The translations under genes were made by a program, and so were the position numbers. Of a DNA stretch of 64,000 nt, positions 13,426-25,739 are shown one piece after another (positions within the stretch are counted from its first letter, which is position 1; each line of letters opens with the position of its first letter). The DNA lies in the NCBI GenBank assembly GCA_951406725.2, contig OX597827.1, positions 33,914,001-33,978,000 on the forward strand, read 5' to 3'. This DNA is from Octopus vulgaris. Taxonomy: Eukaryota. The notes under the pieces are model-generated. The model searched no databases. It saw only the letters and a program-made list of their open reading frames with translations, and was not told where the DNA came from.

Positions 13426-14298
13426 CTGCTTTGTTGCTTTGTGTATTATCTATCAACGCCCATTTTGTCTTTCCTGCTTAACAAATTGCACAGACACACA
13501 GAGGTCTTGCAAGAAAGATGAGCTTAATCCTCAATTAAACCACCGAATTACACTGAAATATACAACGGATCAAGAGAAATCGGGCAAGTGAGTAAAGATT
13601 ACCAAAACTCATCACAGATCAAAGTTGTAGAATGAAGAATTGGATATACTTGGATCATGTATATATAAGGAGTAAATACTCAAATGAATATTTATATAGA
13701 TATTTTTATTGTTATTATTATCAGAGCGACACGGATTCCAAATTTTATTCTCCAGCTATTTAATGCTGTTATTACTTGCTACTACCTATATTTTTGTTGT
13801 TGTTATCAATTATTTATAATTTCCGCTGATAATAATAACAATAGAAATATCTATATAAATATCATTTGAATATTTACTCTTCCTCTCTTCCTCCTTCCTT
13901 CCTTCCTTCCTCTCTCCCCTTCCTTCCTCTCTCCCACTCTCCCCCTCCCCCTCATCTCTCCTCTCCTCTCTTCTCTCTTCCCCCCCTTACCCCCTCCCCT
14001 TCCCTCTCCCCCTCATCTCCTCTCTCTACACTACACCATACGACATTACACATCACATCATACATACATACACACATCCAGACCTCTCATACGCACTACA
14101 TACTCTCTCATACACACACACACACACCCTTATGTTGGAGCGTTGGTCATTTGACCCTGTTATCTCCCCTATTTTCGTTCTTGCGTCTAACGTTTGATCT
14201 TTGACTTCTGGCCGGAATCAGATCGCCATGTTGATTCGCTAGCTTCTGCACGCATTTTTTTTCTCTCCTTGTTTCTTTCCGTGTTTCTTTTCTGTGTA

Positions 14299-14336
14299 TC
14301 TTTCTGTTGAAGAGCGTAGGCTCGAAACGTAAAAGA
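14299..14336 (+). ncRNA. Minimal type I hammerhead-like motif (variant core CUGUUGA)
   Basis: TCTTT-CTGTTGA-A-GAGC gtag GCTC-GAAAC-GTA-AAAGA; stems I and II pair perfectly. Confidence 0.6.
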
Positions 14337-14432
14337 CTTGTTTTATTTATATTTCTGAGCGCCATACTAATACAATTGTTTGTTTGTATTCCACCTGCCT
14401 TCGTCTTTTGTTTATTTTCATAAAGCTTCCTG

Positions 14433-14480
<48 letters not shown>

Positions 14481-14509
14481 ACATGTGTATATATATATGC
14501 ATGTATGCA

Positions 14510-14572
<63 letters not shown>

Positions 14573-16183
14573 ACATCAATCTCAACGTATGGCTCACCAC
14601 TTCACCCTACGTGGATACCCCCTCACCACTATCCACACCGCCCTTGCCAGAGCACGGTCCGTGGACCGTGTATCTGCTCTCTCTCCCCGAACCCGTCCTG
14701 TAGTCTCCCGCCTCCCTTTTCCCCTCACTTACCACCCCACGACCCTACGTCTCCAACGCACCATTCTTCGAGCTTTCCGTCATCTCCAGTCCGACCCGTC
14801 CACTTCACACCTCTTACCTAACCGACCCCTCCCCTCTTTCAAACGAGCCCACAACCTTCGTAACCTTTTGGTCCATAGCTCCTTCCCTGACCCTACCTCC
14901 CAACCCGGCTCGTTCCCCTGCTCCCGCCCACGTTGCCGCACTTGCCCTTACCTCTCCAACACCACCCTCCTCACTAGCACCCAACATCATCCACTCCTTC
15001 ACCTGCACCTCCAGCAATATTATCTATTGCGTCTCTTGCTCTCTCTGCCATTCCTTGTACATCGGACAAACGGGACGCCGCTTGGCTGACCGGTTCGCGG
15101 AACACCTTCGTGACATCCACCTTGCGAACGACACACCGGTCTCACGCCATTTCCGCTCCACCGGTCACTCCTTGCAACACCTATCTGTGTTCGGTTTGTC
15201 CTTACACAGAGGCCATCCGGATTCCCGTTTGCGCCGTGAACAGGAATTAATCTTCTCTCTTCGCTCTTATACGCCATTTGGTCTCAACTCTCCCCCCTCC
15301 TCATCTAACCCCCTCTCCCCCTCCTCACCTACCTTTCCCCCCGACCCCTACTTCTTCAGTCCTTCATCCTTTCACCCCTACTCCCTTCTTCCCTTCTTCC
15401 CTCTTTCTCCCTCCCTCCTTCCCTCTTCCCCTTCCCTCTGCTCCCTCACTCCCCTTCTCTCTCCCCCTCTCCCTCTTTCCTCCCCTCCTCCTCCCCTCCT
15501 CCTCCACTTCCTCCTCCCCCCCCACTCTCTCCCCCTCTCTCCCCTCCCCTATTCTCCCCCTCTTCCCCCTCTCCCCCTCCCCCTCTTCTCCTCGCTCCAC
15601 ACTACACCACACAACTTTACACATCACATCATATATGATGTGCCATACTAATACATACACCAACTAATACATACTAATACGTACTAATACATACTAATAA
15701 TACTAATACATACACCAACCCTATACATACACACGTCCAGACCTCTCATACGCACTTATACTCTCTCATACACACACACACACACTTATACATACTAATA
15801 TGTACTAATACATACTAATACATACTAATACATACACCAACCCTATACATACACACGTCCAGACCTCTCATACGCACTAATACTCTCTCATACACACACA
15901 CACACACACCCTTATACATACTAATACATACACCAACCCTATACATACACACGTCCAGACCTCTCACACGCACTAATACTCTCTCATACACACACACACA
16001 CCCTCATGTTGGAGCTGGTCATTCAACCCTATTATCAACCCTATTATCTCCCCTTATTTCGCTCTCGCGTCTCATGTTTGATCTTTGACCTCTGGCCGAA
16101 ATCAGATCGCCATGTTGATTGGTTAGTTACAGCACGCATTTTTTTTCTCTCCTTCTTTCTGTGTTTTTTTTTCTCTCTGTGTA

Positions 16184-16221
16184 TCTTTCTGTTGAAGAGC
16201 GTAGGCTCGAAACGTTAAAGA
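16184..16221 (+). ncRNA. Second copy of the pseudo-LTR hammerhead-like motif
   Basis: TCTTT-CTGTTGA-A-GAGC gtag GCTC-GAAAC-GTT-AAAGA. Confidence 0.55.
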
Positions 16222-16318
16222 CTTGTTTTATTTATATTTCCTGAGCGCCATACTAATACAATTGTTTGTTTGTTTCCCACCTGCCTTCGTCTTTTGTCTA
16301 TTTTCATAAAGCTTCCCG

Positions 16319-16372
<54 letters not shown>

Positions 16373-16407
16373 GTGTGTGTATAATTATTTGTAATCCTCT
16401 TTTACAG

Positions 16408-16432
16408 GTACTAACAAATGGCAAGATAAACT
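16408..16432 (+). CDS. Gene A exon 2 (25-nt micro-exon, VLTNGKIN + 1 nt)
   Basis: CCTCTTTTACAG| ... |GTAAGT. Phase 0 to 1 exactly bridges exons 1 and 3. Flanks resemble those of 55191-55221. Completes a plausible signal cleavage site (TNG). Confidence 0.72.
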
Positions 16433-16883
16433 GTAAGTTCATTTTTCAATTATATCTTCTTTTTTTAAAAAAGAACATTCACCTAGTCTTGCTTTTATGT
16501 TCTGGAAGCAAACTAATAAACTCTGATGCTTATTCTATCGGTCTTCATTTGCTGAAGCACCTAGTTACAGCGACGCAAACAAACCAGCATCGGACGTCAA
16601 GCGATGGCTGGAGGTAAACACAAAGACAAATACACGCACTTATAGATGCATGCATATTATTCTTCTATTAATCCCGTTGTGCTAAATAATACACTTATAT
16701 TTGCTAGGAAAATTCTAACCTTAGTTTAAGAGAAATTAAAGTTATTTTGGAAGCAAGGAAGTCCCTTATTTGATAACAAGTATTGGGCCAGAAAAATACT
16801 AATGATTATTTTGACATAACCTTGGGTTCTGCTAATTCCACCCAGGTTACGGACTTAGTAGGTATATACAGATTATATCATAT

Positions 16884-18001
16884 TGTTGTGGTTCAGCTTA
16901 AGGACAGAGCCGGCGACCTACTTTGGGGATGAATCCATTGTTCTGCCAGATGCGGGTTGATTAATTAGCTCTGGGGAAACTCCCCGACCCGAATCTGAGG
17001 AAGACAGATTAAGGAATCTGGGAGCTTGTCATGAGAGATGACAGTAGAGTGAGAGGATGAGGGGTTGAGGAAGACAGACAGAGAGTATTGCAGAGCTAAG
17101 AGAGAGGGAGTTCCAGCAGAGAGATTGGGGTAGTCGAGGGCGAGCAGTTGGCAGTTTGGATTTTAGCAGTGGCTGTTCAGCTGGTGACAGTGTACTGAAA
17201 GAGGAAGCGCAGAGAGAGACAGGAGGACAGTCATGAGAGACGGTCGGCATTTGGGATTCAGGGCAAGCAGTCGGCATTTGGGATTGTACAGCGAGTTAGT
17301 AATGGTTTGTTCTGCTGTGACAGAGAGAGATATACAGAGGATTAGGCAGCTAATGGAGATGGAATACAATGTGAGGCATTGGCTGATGTAACGGTATGTG
17401 TTAATTGTATGTTGATATGTGAATTATGTAAAGAGACTATAACGAACTGTTACAGAAGTGAGTAAAGGACTTGTTGATGTGTTGTTGAATTGTATTGATA
17501 CGTGTTACAAAAAAAGAGAAAGAAGAAAAAGAAGGAAAAAGACAAGAAAAGAACTATGAACTGTATCGTTGTTTTGAATTGATCTGATTTGAATATTATT
17601 TGTAACGTGAACTTATTTGTCTATGAACATTGTATAATGCATTGATGGTTTGAGTCGACGTGTATATTGTATCTGCATGTTTAAATGCTTTGATATGTTG
17701 TATACCTGTTTCTTGCATTTGTTATCTTTAAATGTACTTGATGTTGTAACAATTATAAAGTGTTATAAACTAGTAGGTTAAACGTAGCCAATTGCCTTCC
17801 GCTGTGTTTCTTTGTGCCTCTGTGTCTCTTCCTGCTGCTGTTGTTGTTGTTGTTGTCTCTCTCCTCTCTGAGTTCCGTGGCGAACATTCGCTGATCGATC
17901 GGGCCCGGTCAATCGTCGTCGCTCGACTTGTTGGGATCCCGAGTTCGAGTTCGAGCGACGGCAGGTGGGATTCCGTAGCGACTTTCGGGGGTCCCGTAAC
18001 A
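16884..18001. mobile_element. Probable solo LTR
   Basis: Starts TGTT and ends AACA, flanked by ATAT on both sides (16880-83, 18002-05). Non-coding and compositionally distinct from its flanks. Confidence 0.5.
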
Positions 18002-18214
18002 ATATAATGAACTTGCAGGCATTAAACGTGTACTCTATAGAAATGATGTATTATTTTTGATTAATAGTCAATCCAATAGAAAACTGAAACTATATGTGAA
18101 AAAATTCCATAGCTTATTTTTAAAAGATTTGGTTTATCTATCTCTATAGAAAATGAACATGATTCAGTTAATTACCTGGATGTTAATCTGAACCGTTTTC
18201 CTGGCCTATATAGT

Positions 18215-18289
<75 letters not shown>

Positions 18290-18879
18290 AAGTATGGGGG
18301 TTTAGTTCAAAGGAGATCTAAACGATTAGGTACTCTAGGTAAGTGCTGTAACGGATTACTTGGGATCCAAGGTTATAGTCGAAACGGTGGTTAGTGAGCC
18401 ATTGCAGATTTTCGATGCAGCGGATATATAATTGATAAAGAGGACAACAAACATTAAGGCAAGACAAGCATCTCAAGTCGTATAAAATATTATTATTGGA
18501 AACATGTAATGTCTTACAGCTGTTTCTGTGATATTCCAGGGTATGGGAAATTCTTCCGTCATTTCATTGATATATACCATTCACATTTTCCCTATTTGTC
18601 CCTATTTGTCTCTGATGACGGAATATCCTATCTGTACTCGGGGATATCTCAGAAACAGCTGTATGACTTTGAATTTTACGCACAAAAAAATTTTTTGGCG
18701 AGCACCGCCAATTGGGAAGCATTCTGTCTTATCGTTAAAGGTGCGAAACTAAACAGTACCAATTGGTCGATAACTGATAAAGAATTACGGATCTTCTGTT
18801 TGTCGCCCGTTTGTTTTTACATTCAGTATACGTTATGCCACTTATTTATACATTATTTCATATATATATATATATTACT

Positions 18880-19100
18880 CTTTACTCTCTCTCTTTTACT
18901 TGTTTCAGTCATTTGACTGCGGCCATGCTGGAGCACCGCCTTTAATCGAGCAACTCGACCCCGGGACTTATTCTTTTGTAAGCCCAGTACTTATTCTATC
19001 GGTCTCTTTTGCCGAACCGCTAAGTAACGGGGACGTAAACACAGCAGCATCGGTTGTCAAGCAATGCTAGGGGCCAAACACAGACACACAAACACACATA

Positions 19101-19160
<60 letters not shown>

Positions 19161-19360
19161 GGTCCCGGGTTGATTCGGGGTTAACCACAGTAAATAAGGT
19201 ACTCAATACATAGCAGAGTAAAATTAATTTATTATATAGAAGGAGCTTCTACAGGACTAGAACTGTTTCATTCAAGAGAAATCTTCAGGAAGCTCATGTG
19301 CTTCCTGAAGATTTCTCTTGAATGAAACAGTTCTAGTCCTGTAGAAGCTCCTTCTATATA

Positions 19361-19407
<47 letters not shown>

Positions 19408-19556
19408 TACGACGGGCTTCTTTTCAGTTTCCTTCTACCAAATCCACTCACAAGGCTTTGGTCGGCCCGAGGCTATAGTAGAAGACACTTGCAAAGGTGC
19501 CATGCAGTGGGACTGAACCCGGAACCATGTGGTTGGTAAACAAGCTACTTACCACT
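18880..19556 (-). mobile_element. tRNA-derived SINE with internal microsatellite; hammerhead palindrome inserted in its (TA)n
   Basis: Same family as 29150, 36120, 45521 and 48750. B-box-like GGGTTCAGTCCC on the minus strand. Confidence 0.8.
19300..19349 (+). ncRNA. Type I hammerhead ribozyme motif (inverted copy at 19244-19294 on minus strand)
   Basis: GCTTC-CTGAAGA-T TTC tctt GAA T-GAAACAG ttctagtc CTGTA-GAAGC: canonical CUGANGA/GAAA core with GUA cleavage triplet. Confidence 0.7.
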
Positions 19557-19584
19557 CCGTTGTCCACTCACGCAGAGGTAGACA

Positions 19585-19659
<75 letters not shown>

Positions 19660-20167
19660 GAGAATTCTTTCAGTTTCCGTTTGCCAAATTCACTCAGAAG
19701 GCTTTGGTTGGTGTTAGGCTGCAGTAAAAGACAAAAATAAAGATATTGGTATTGTTTTAGATATTTAGGGTACGCTTAGGATAGGAGAAATGCCATTCTA
19801 CCTATTTAAGGCATATACACAGTTAAATTCACTTTTTATTTTCTAATATACCTTAATCAACATTTTTGCGAAGTTACCCTATATATACATCACTGAACGG
19901 TGAAGAATAGAAATATCAGTGATAAAACAGAAGAAATAAGCTGTGCTTTATAAATGAATTCCTTTGACATATTACTTTTGCATCAAATTGTAGGCATTTC
20001 CATGCCACTCTATAAAATAATTTGACACTTTACAGCATGGTTGGCAAAGTCATTGCACACTAGCAAAGTCTCTAAAAACCTAAACGAAGAACTCATTTAA
20101 ACAATTAGATTTGAATACCTATGGGCTTACGAAATATATCAAAATATTTTTTACAGCATGGCTGTTA

Positions 20168-20269
20168 CAGTCAACTCTCGCTACTATGCCACCTCGCTAC
20201 TATGCCACTCTCGCTACTATGCCACTTTGGTTCAGTCCCGCGGGGTGGCATAGTAGCGAGAGTTGACTG
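20168..20269. mobile_element. 102-bp MITE, pogo/Tigger-like ends
   Basis: TA-CAGTCAACTCTCGCTACTATGCCAC ... GTGGCATAGTAGCGAGAGTTGACTG-TA. The CTCGCTACTATGCCA motif occurs three times in tandem on the left arm. Confidence 0.75.
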
Positions 20270-21061
20270 TATATCATAGATTCCACAGCAGATACAAAAT
20301 TAAAGCCAAACTCGCCGTGGTTATCCCATCAATTAAAAAAAATATATTTAACACTACATGAGTAAATGAGTTCTTCCCGATTTTTTCTACTCTGCAGTAA
20401 TAATTTGAAGAAGATTTTCTCTTTCGATAGCGCAACATTCTACTGCTACTTGATAGTTTGATCACCAAATTTGATGGTGGCCGAGAGAAATGATAGACAA
20501 ATGCAAGATTATTGTTATAGGGAGAAAGAGCAGCACGCACATCAAACTCCCTTTTTAGTTCTCGTGCGACAAGTTCAATCTGACGTCAAAACAAATGAGT
20601 TTGTCTGAGAATGCAGTAGCTTGCCAAAATGACTGCATAAATCCCTAGTTCTGCGAGTCCAGGCTATACAATGTGACTTCTAAGAACATGTTGGTTGTTA
20701 CTACTTGCGTTAGTTACACCCATTGACCTGTTGCCACCAGATTCGAAGGTGTGAAGATAAATATCATTCATTCCGGCATCCTTTGAATGAAATGTAAACA
20801 TTCCACTAAACATACAAAAATAGTTACCATGCCTATGTATACGTTATTGGATGGCCATTGATTATTTTGAGTTCATTTGTATTTTGACGGGTTTTGTTTT
20901 TAATCTTGTGTGGTAGACAAATTCACGCAACAAGTTGTATTAGATTATGTTATTCGCAGCTCTCACAAGTGACTCATTATATATTTAAATAAAGATAAAT
21001 AGAAAAGGATAGCATTTTTGTGCTTTTTTGTGCTTATTTTAGTCAAAACAACTCACTATTA

Positions 21062-21282
21062 CAGTTCTATATTTTAGAGATGAGGAATTATGTACATTAT
21101 TTACATTGTTTACATTTGACGGATATTTGTCCTCATCTTGTTTGTTGTTAACACAACGTTTCGGCTGACATAATCTCCAGCCTTCATCAGGTGTCTTGGG
21201 AAATTTCGAACCTGGATCCTCATTCTTGAGGTATTTTTCGATGTTGTTGTTGTTGTTGTTGTTGTTGTTATTGTTATTATTA

Positions 21283-21345
<63 letters not shown>

Positions 21346-21462
21346 TCATTGCCTGGAATCGAACTCGGAAACTTGGGGTTAGTAACCCGTGCTCTTAACA
21401 ACTACACCTTATGTCCGTGGGCATACTAACCCCAAGTTTCCGAGTTCGATTCCAGGCAGTGA

Positions 21463-21528
<66 letters not shown>

Positions 21529-21683
21529 TAATAACATCGAAAAATACCTCAGGAATGAGAACCCACGTTCGAAATTTCCCCAAGACGCCTGATGAAGGCT
21601 GGAGGGTATATCAGCCGAAACGGTGTGTTAACAACAAACAAGATGAGGACAAATATACGTCAACTGTAAATAATGTAAATAAC
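21062..21683. mobile_element. Head-to-head inverted pair of the tRNA-like/(AAT)n/hammerhead repeat
   Basis: Minus copy ~21062-21420 and plus copy ~21425-21683. Direct repeat AACTCACTATTA at both ends. Absent at the equivalent sites in gene B (56631, 61297). Confidence 0.8.
21150..21195 (-). ncRNA. Minimal type I hammerhead ribozyme motif
   Basis: Minus strand: GACAC-CTGATGA-A-GGCTG(10 nt)CAGCC-GAAAC-GTT-GTGTT. Stem III is the palindrome AACGTT (dimer type). Confidence 0.7.
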
Positions 21684-21717
21684 TCACTATTAATATTATT
21701 TATTTTTTCTTTTATAG

Positions 21718-21963
21718 GGAGCAGTGTCTATGAAGCTATTATAAATAAAAATATAACTGGATTAACACACTTAAAGAAACACAAATTCTTATCGTCATGT
21801 ATGTTTTCGTGTAGATACGATGATGACTGTGACTGCTTTTATTACCAACAGTTTAATTATTCATGCAGTTTATTGAAATTAAATGAGTGTAATAACATTT
21901 TGAATTCTACATTACCGGAGATAAATGATACCGCTACCGTACTGATGGTTCAAGATGAGAATG
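21718..21963 (+). CDS. Gene A exon 3: PAN/apple-like Cys domain 1
   Basis: TTTTATAG| ... G|GTAAGT, phase 1-1. SCMFSCRYDDDCDCFYYQQFNYSCSL matches the PAN core C-x3-C-x5-C-x2-F-x-Y..C-x-L. Two paralogs in the window. Confidence 0.88.
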
Positions 21964-23589
21964 GTAAGTGAATAACTTATTATATGGGGTTTCTCGACCT
22001 AATAGAAATTGCAGTCAAACCGCCATCGAGATAACATAGAAGACACTATAGAATGTAGTTCTAGACTAGATGAGTAGATGGTCACAATTGGAACGCCTTT
22101 GATCCTAGATTAGCTGTGGACTTTATTTTAGGTGGCACAGTTTAATTTGTAGATAGCGGTACTATATATGGGAGACTCCATCAAAGGATCCTGAAACCAT
22201 TTGATATCCGACATTCATATTCTACTTTATCACCCCTGCAATGTTCGTAGCAGTTTCTCTGTGGTTGTAATCGATTTTCCGTTGGATATTGAAGAATACT
22301 TACATTTTAGAGGTTTTGTGAAACATTTAATAAATCAGCGGTCATATATTTCTTAATTGAATATCTCTGCCAACACAATCTTTAATATAATGGGGAAAGC
22401 TGCTTATTAATTAGGTATGTAACAATTACTAAAAATACTAAAAGAAAAAAAGCTTTGAAAACTTTTTTTTTACATTCCCCTCTCTTATCCCACTCCGGAC
22501 CTATTTTGGCCTTTTTTTTTGCACTTCAAAACAATGGGAAGTGCATTTTCAGTAAAAAATAAAAACAAATTGTTGATATTTTCAGAGGGAAAAGTGAGTG
22601 ATTAAAGGGCGATTAGGCTGTTGTTTCTAGCACCTCCAAAGACAACCCTCCTCGTTCCTTTATCGCTCTCGCATGTATTGATGCTTTTCAATATTTCCCC
22701 ATAAATACATTTATATGCTATAAAAAAGAAAATTTGAAGGATTATGAATTTTTTGCAACCCACTCCCTGCCCCCGATGTTTAGAAATTAAAATATCAGGG
22801 AGCCTGAGAAGGTCATTAAAAAAAATTACGAAAATGTACTTGCATAGCAAGTGAGATGTTCTGAGATCGTGTGCGGAAACAAAAGCAATTGTAGCATGGA
22901 AGATGTTTGTAAACCATTCAGGAACACACGAAAAATGTTATTTTCACTTCAACATTAAAATTTTATTTGTGTCAAAATATTTTCGTCGCTTTGAAACCGC
23001 GACCTGTTCACTGGCAAAACTTCACAAAAGTGATGCAGTACGAAGTTTTGTCAGTGAACAGTACACACGCGCGCACGCACATACACATTCAGTGCCTTCC
23101 ATTTGTGTGTATGTATATCTATGTGTACGCGCGTGTGTGTGTCACTTTTGAAGTCGCTCGTGCAACTTGTTCGTGTATATATTAGCTTAGTGGTACAGTG
23201 TTTGGAACCTGTGAAGAAGGTGCAAGTTTCGAGTACTTGTCGGTGCCTTTTTTCTCCTCGTCTTCTAATAGTAATTACCCAACTTTCTCGCAGCTATTCC
23301 GCGTTCAAAAATTATACAGGTATTTAAAAAATTTTATTCAATAAATAATGTTTTTTCCTTACATATACATTAATAGAATAAACTTTCGGTTTTCCAAATA
23401 GTGTATTAAAACTTAAAAGAGAAAGTGAAAGACTTTGCAAATGAAAATGGAATACTCTGCAGTGAATGCAATGAATATTTAAATTTGCGAGAGATTGGAG
23501 TTTAAAAAAATTCAATAAACATGATAAATCGAAATTATAGGAAATTTTTTCGAGGTGAAGGTTTAAGGATTTCACCTTCTAGTAATGAA

Positions 23590-24150
23590 ACTCCATTTTG
23601 GATTACTATCTACTACAACACCTTGAGTAAACTACTTATACTATGCCTTCGGATCAACCTGTAAGTATAACCGGATTGGATCTGTAAGTACGTCAGGCTG
23701 ACTGTAGATGAAATTCAATGGACAGACTGCGTCATGCTGATTCTGTTTGAACAAAATGAGTGGGAAGAAAATTCCAGAGGCTTGTTTGTCATGGGGATAA
23801 AGAAGGAAGCGAAACAATTCATGGGTCACTGAGAAGAGTGAAACATAGGCGAGGTGAGGCGGGGAAGGGAGATAAGTGTGTCAAATAGCTTTGGTTGCTG
23901 GTGGAATGTCATTCGTTTGTTTAGAAGAGCAGCAGCCTTCGCAGTTGCATTAGAAGCAAAGAGAGAAGACAGCGTCTCAGTGGGTCAAAGGTTGTAACGT
24001 GTTTGTCGGAAGGTATTTTGGATGTTTCTGTATGTAGTAGCAACAATGTCTGAAATATGAGACTAGTTCTCCATTTTGGGTTTGTCGTTGGTTAGTAAGC
24101 AATCTGGGCTGAAGAACTTTTTGGCCCTTACCAAGAAGGCTAGTCTTCGG
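23590..24150 (-). mobile_element. Decayed LINE RT fragment (CR1/L2-like)
   Basis: GC-richer block whose minus frames resemble an RT thumb and C-terminal region (..YLQVDPKA..SLLKV); absent from the equivalent gene B introns. Confidence 0.4.
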
Positions 24151-24365
24151 GTGTCTAAATTGTATAGTAAATTTCTTTTACTTTCTTTCTACTTCTTCCT
24201 TTCTTTTCTTCTTTCTCTTTCCCTCTCTCGTTTTCATTTTTCTTTTCCTGCTGTTCTACTTCCTAATATATTATTTCTTCTTCTTTTTCCTTTCCATTTT
24301 TTGTTACTATTTCTTTTCGGCTCTTGTCTGATGATCCTTAATCTGTTTTCTAATCTTTACTACAG

Positions 24366-24605
24366 GAAAAAAGAAGCATGACAGTAATTACCAAAAAATC
24401 AACGGGACTGTAAAATATCCAAATATTACCATCAGGGTTTGGAGCCATTGGTCTTGTGAAAAGTTATGTTCTTCGTGTTCCAACTGCTACGGTTATTCTT
24501 ATAAGTCTGACTGGTGTCAGTTACTTGTGATGAATGATTGTTGCAATTCCACAGTAGTCCTCCTTTCCGATGGAAACTTTACTAACCTAACTAAACCGAT
24601 AAAAT
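24366..24605 (+). CDS. Gene A exon 4: PAN/apple-like Cys domain 2
   Basis: TACTACAG| ... T|GTAAGC, phase 1-1, open frame KKKHDSNYQKINGTVKYPNITIRVWSHWSCEKLCSSCSNCYGYSYKSDWCQLLVMNDCC..KPIK. Not in the ORF track. Confidence 0.88.
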
Positions 24606-24927
24606 GTAAGCGGTTAGTTTTATGTTTATGTTTATGTTCATGTTTTTTTTAATGATTTTTATTAGAAACGTTAAGGTAATACTTATGACCCTGTTCAGGG
24701 TATTTATGTCTGTTGACAGGGAACAGAGGAAGTTATTCTCAAACCAGAGACTTGGGTCAAAATGCAGCACACCAATCCACACTAATGTAACCTAGGGACC
24801 AGGTGAAGGTGTAAAACTGGGTAATGGATTGTCTACTAGCCAACAATAGAATGTTCTCTTCGACAATTTGCACACATTTTTCTGCCTAATAATTCCCACT
24901 TGTACGACATTTGGGTCAAAGATATGT

Positions 24928-24969
<42 letters not shown>

Positions 24970-25739
24970 TTGTGTGCGCGCGTGTGTGTATGTATGATAC
25001 GAGTAAAAAGACGAAGAAAGAATTTAACACAAATTTATTATTAGTTACAATTGTTTCAGTATCAGTTCGCTTCAACCGCCACTGCACGCAAAACTTACGT
25101 AGTATGTGTGGCTGGTTGCATGGAGTAAATCTTCATCAGACCAGCATCATGTTCTGCGTTCTTATATTGTGCGATGTACATGCCTTTTTACGTTCCTTAT
25201 ATGATGGGGAAACATGCTAATAAGTATAAAATAAGAATAAAAATTATGAATGAAAACAGATAAAAACAAGACAAAAATAATGAAGATAAAACAAGAAAAT
25301 AAAGACGAGTAAACTGGAGAACGGTACAACCCCCAAAGGGTAAAGTTAAATTAGAATAAGTCTCAAAGTTAAAATTAAATATTAGTATGAATAAATATTA
25401 AGCGAACAAACAGCTTAATTGCTATCTAGTTAGTTGGTTAGTTAAAGCCGCTGAGTGGAAAAGTAGAAAGTGGATAATAGTAACAATTGAATGATTGGAA
25501 TGAGGCGATTTAAGAGGTCATAGTGTGACGAAATTGAAAGTATTTCCTATGTTAGTCTGAAACGAGTGTCTCGTCGAATGTTGTAAGTTAATAGAAGAAT
25601 GTGAAATGTAGCAGTAAAGCTGCATCTCAGTTATTTAACTTAGGAAGCAAGAAAATGTGAAGCTGGTACTGGATACAGTTGGAAGTGAGCTAAGTCGTGT
25701 TGAGAAACCTCCGAGTAAATATTATCATTATCATTATAT

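Larger units (their letters stand above)
13885..16320 (+). mobile_element. Penelope-like retroelement: pseudo-LTR, truncated ORF (post-RT region plus GIY-YIG endonuclease), pseudo-LTR
   Basis: [23 protein letters not shown], then IIYCVSC..C..LYIGQTGRRLADRFAEH..VSRHF..REQELI..GLN. Direct repeats at ~13885-14415 and ~15400-16320, each carrying a hammerhead motif. Confidence 0.9.

Noticed and set aside
15645-15990. CRISPR-like regularly spaced repeats (CATACTAATA units)
   Set aside because: Eukaryotic minisatellite inside a pseudo-LTR; no unique spacers and no cas genes.
18509-18916. 135-aa ORF as a host gene
   Set aside because: No recognisable domain or splice support, no paralog in gene B, and it ends in a SINE tail; more likely a repeat remnant.
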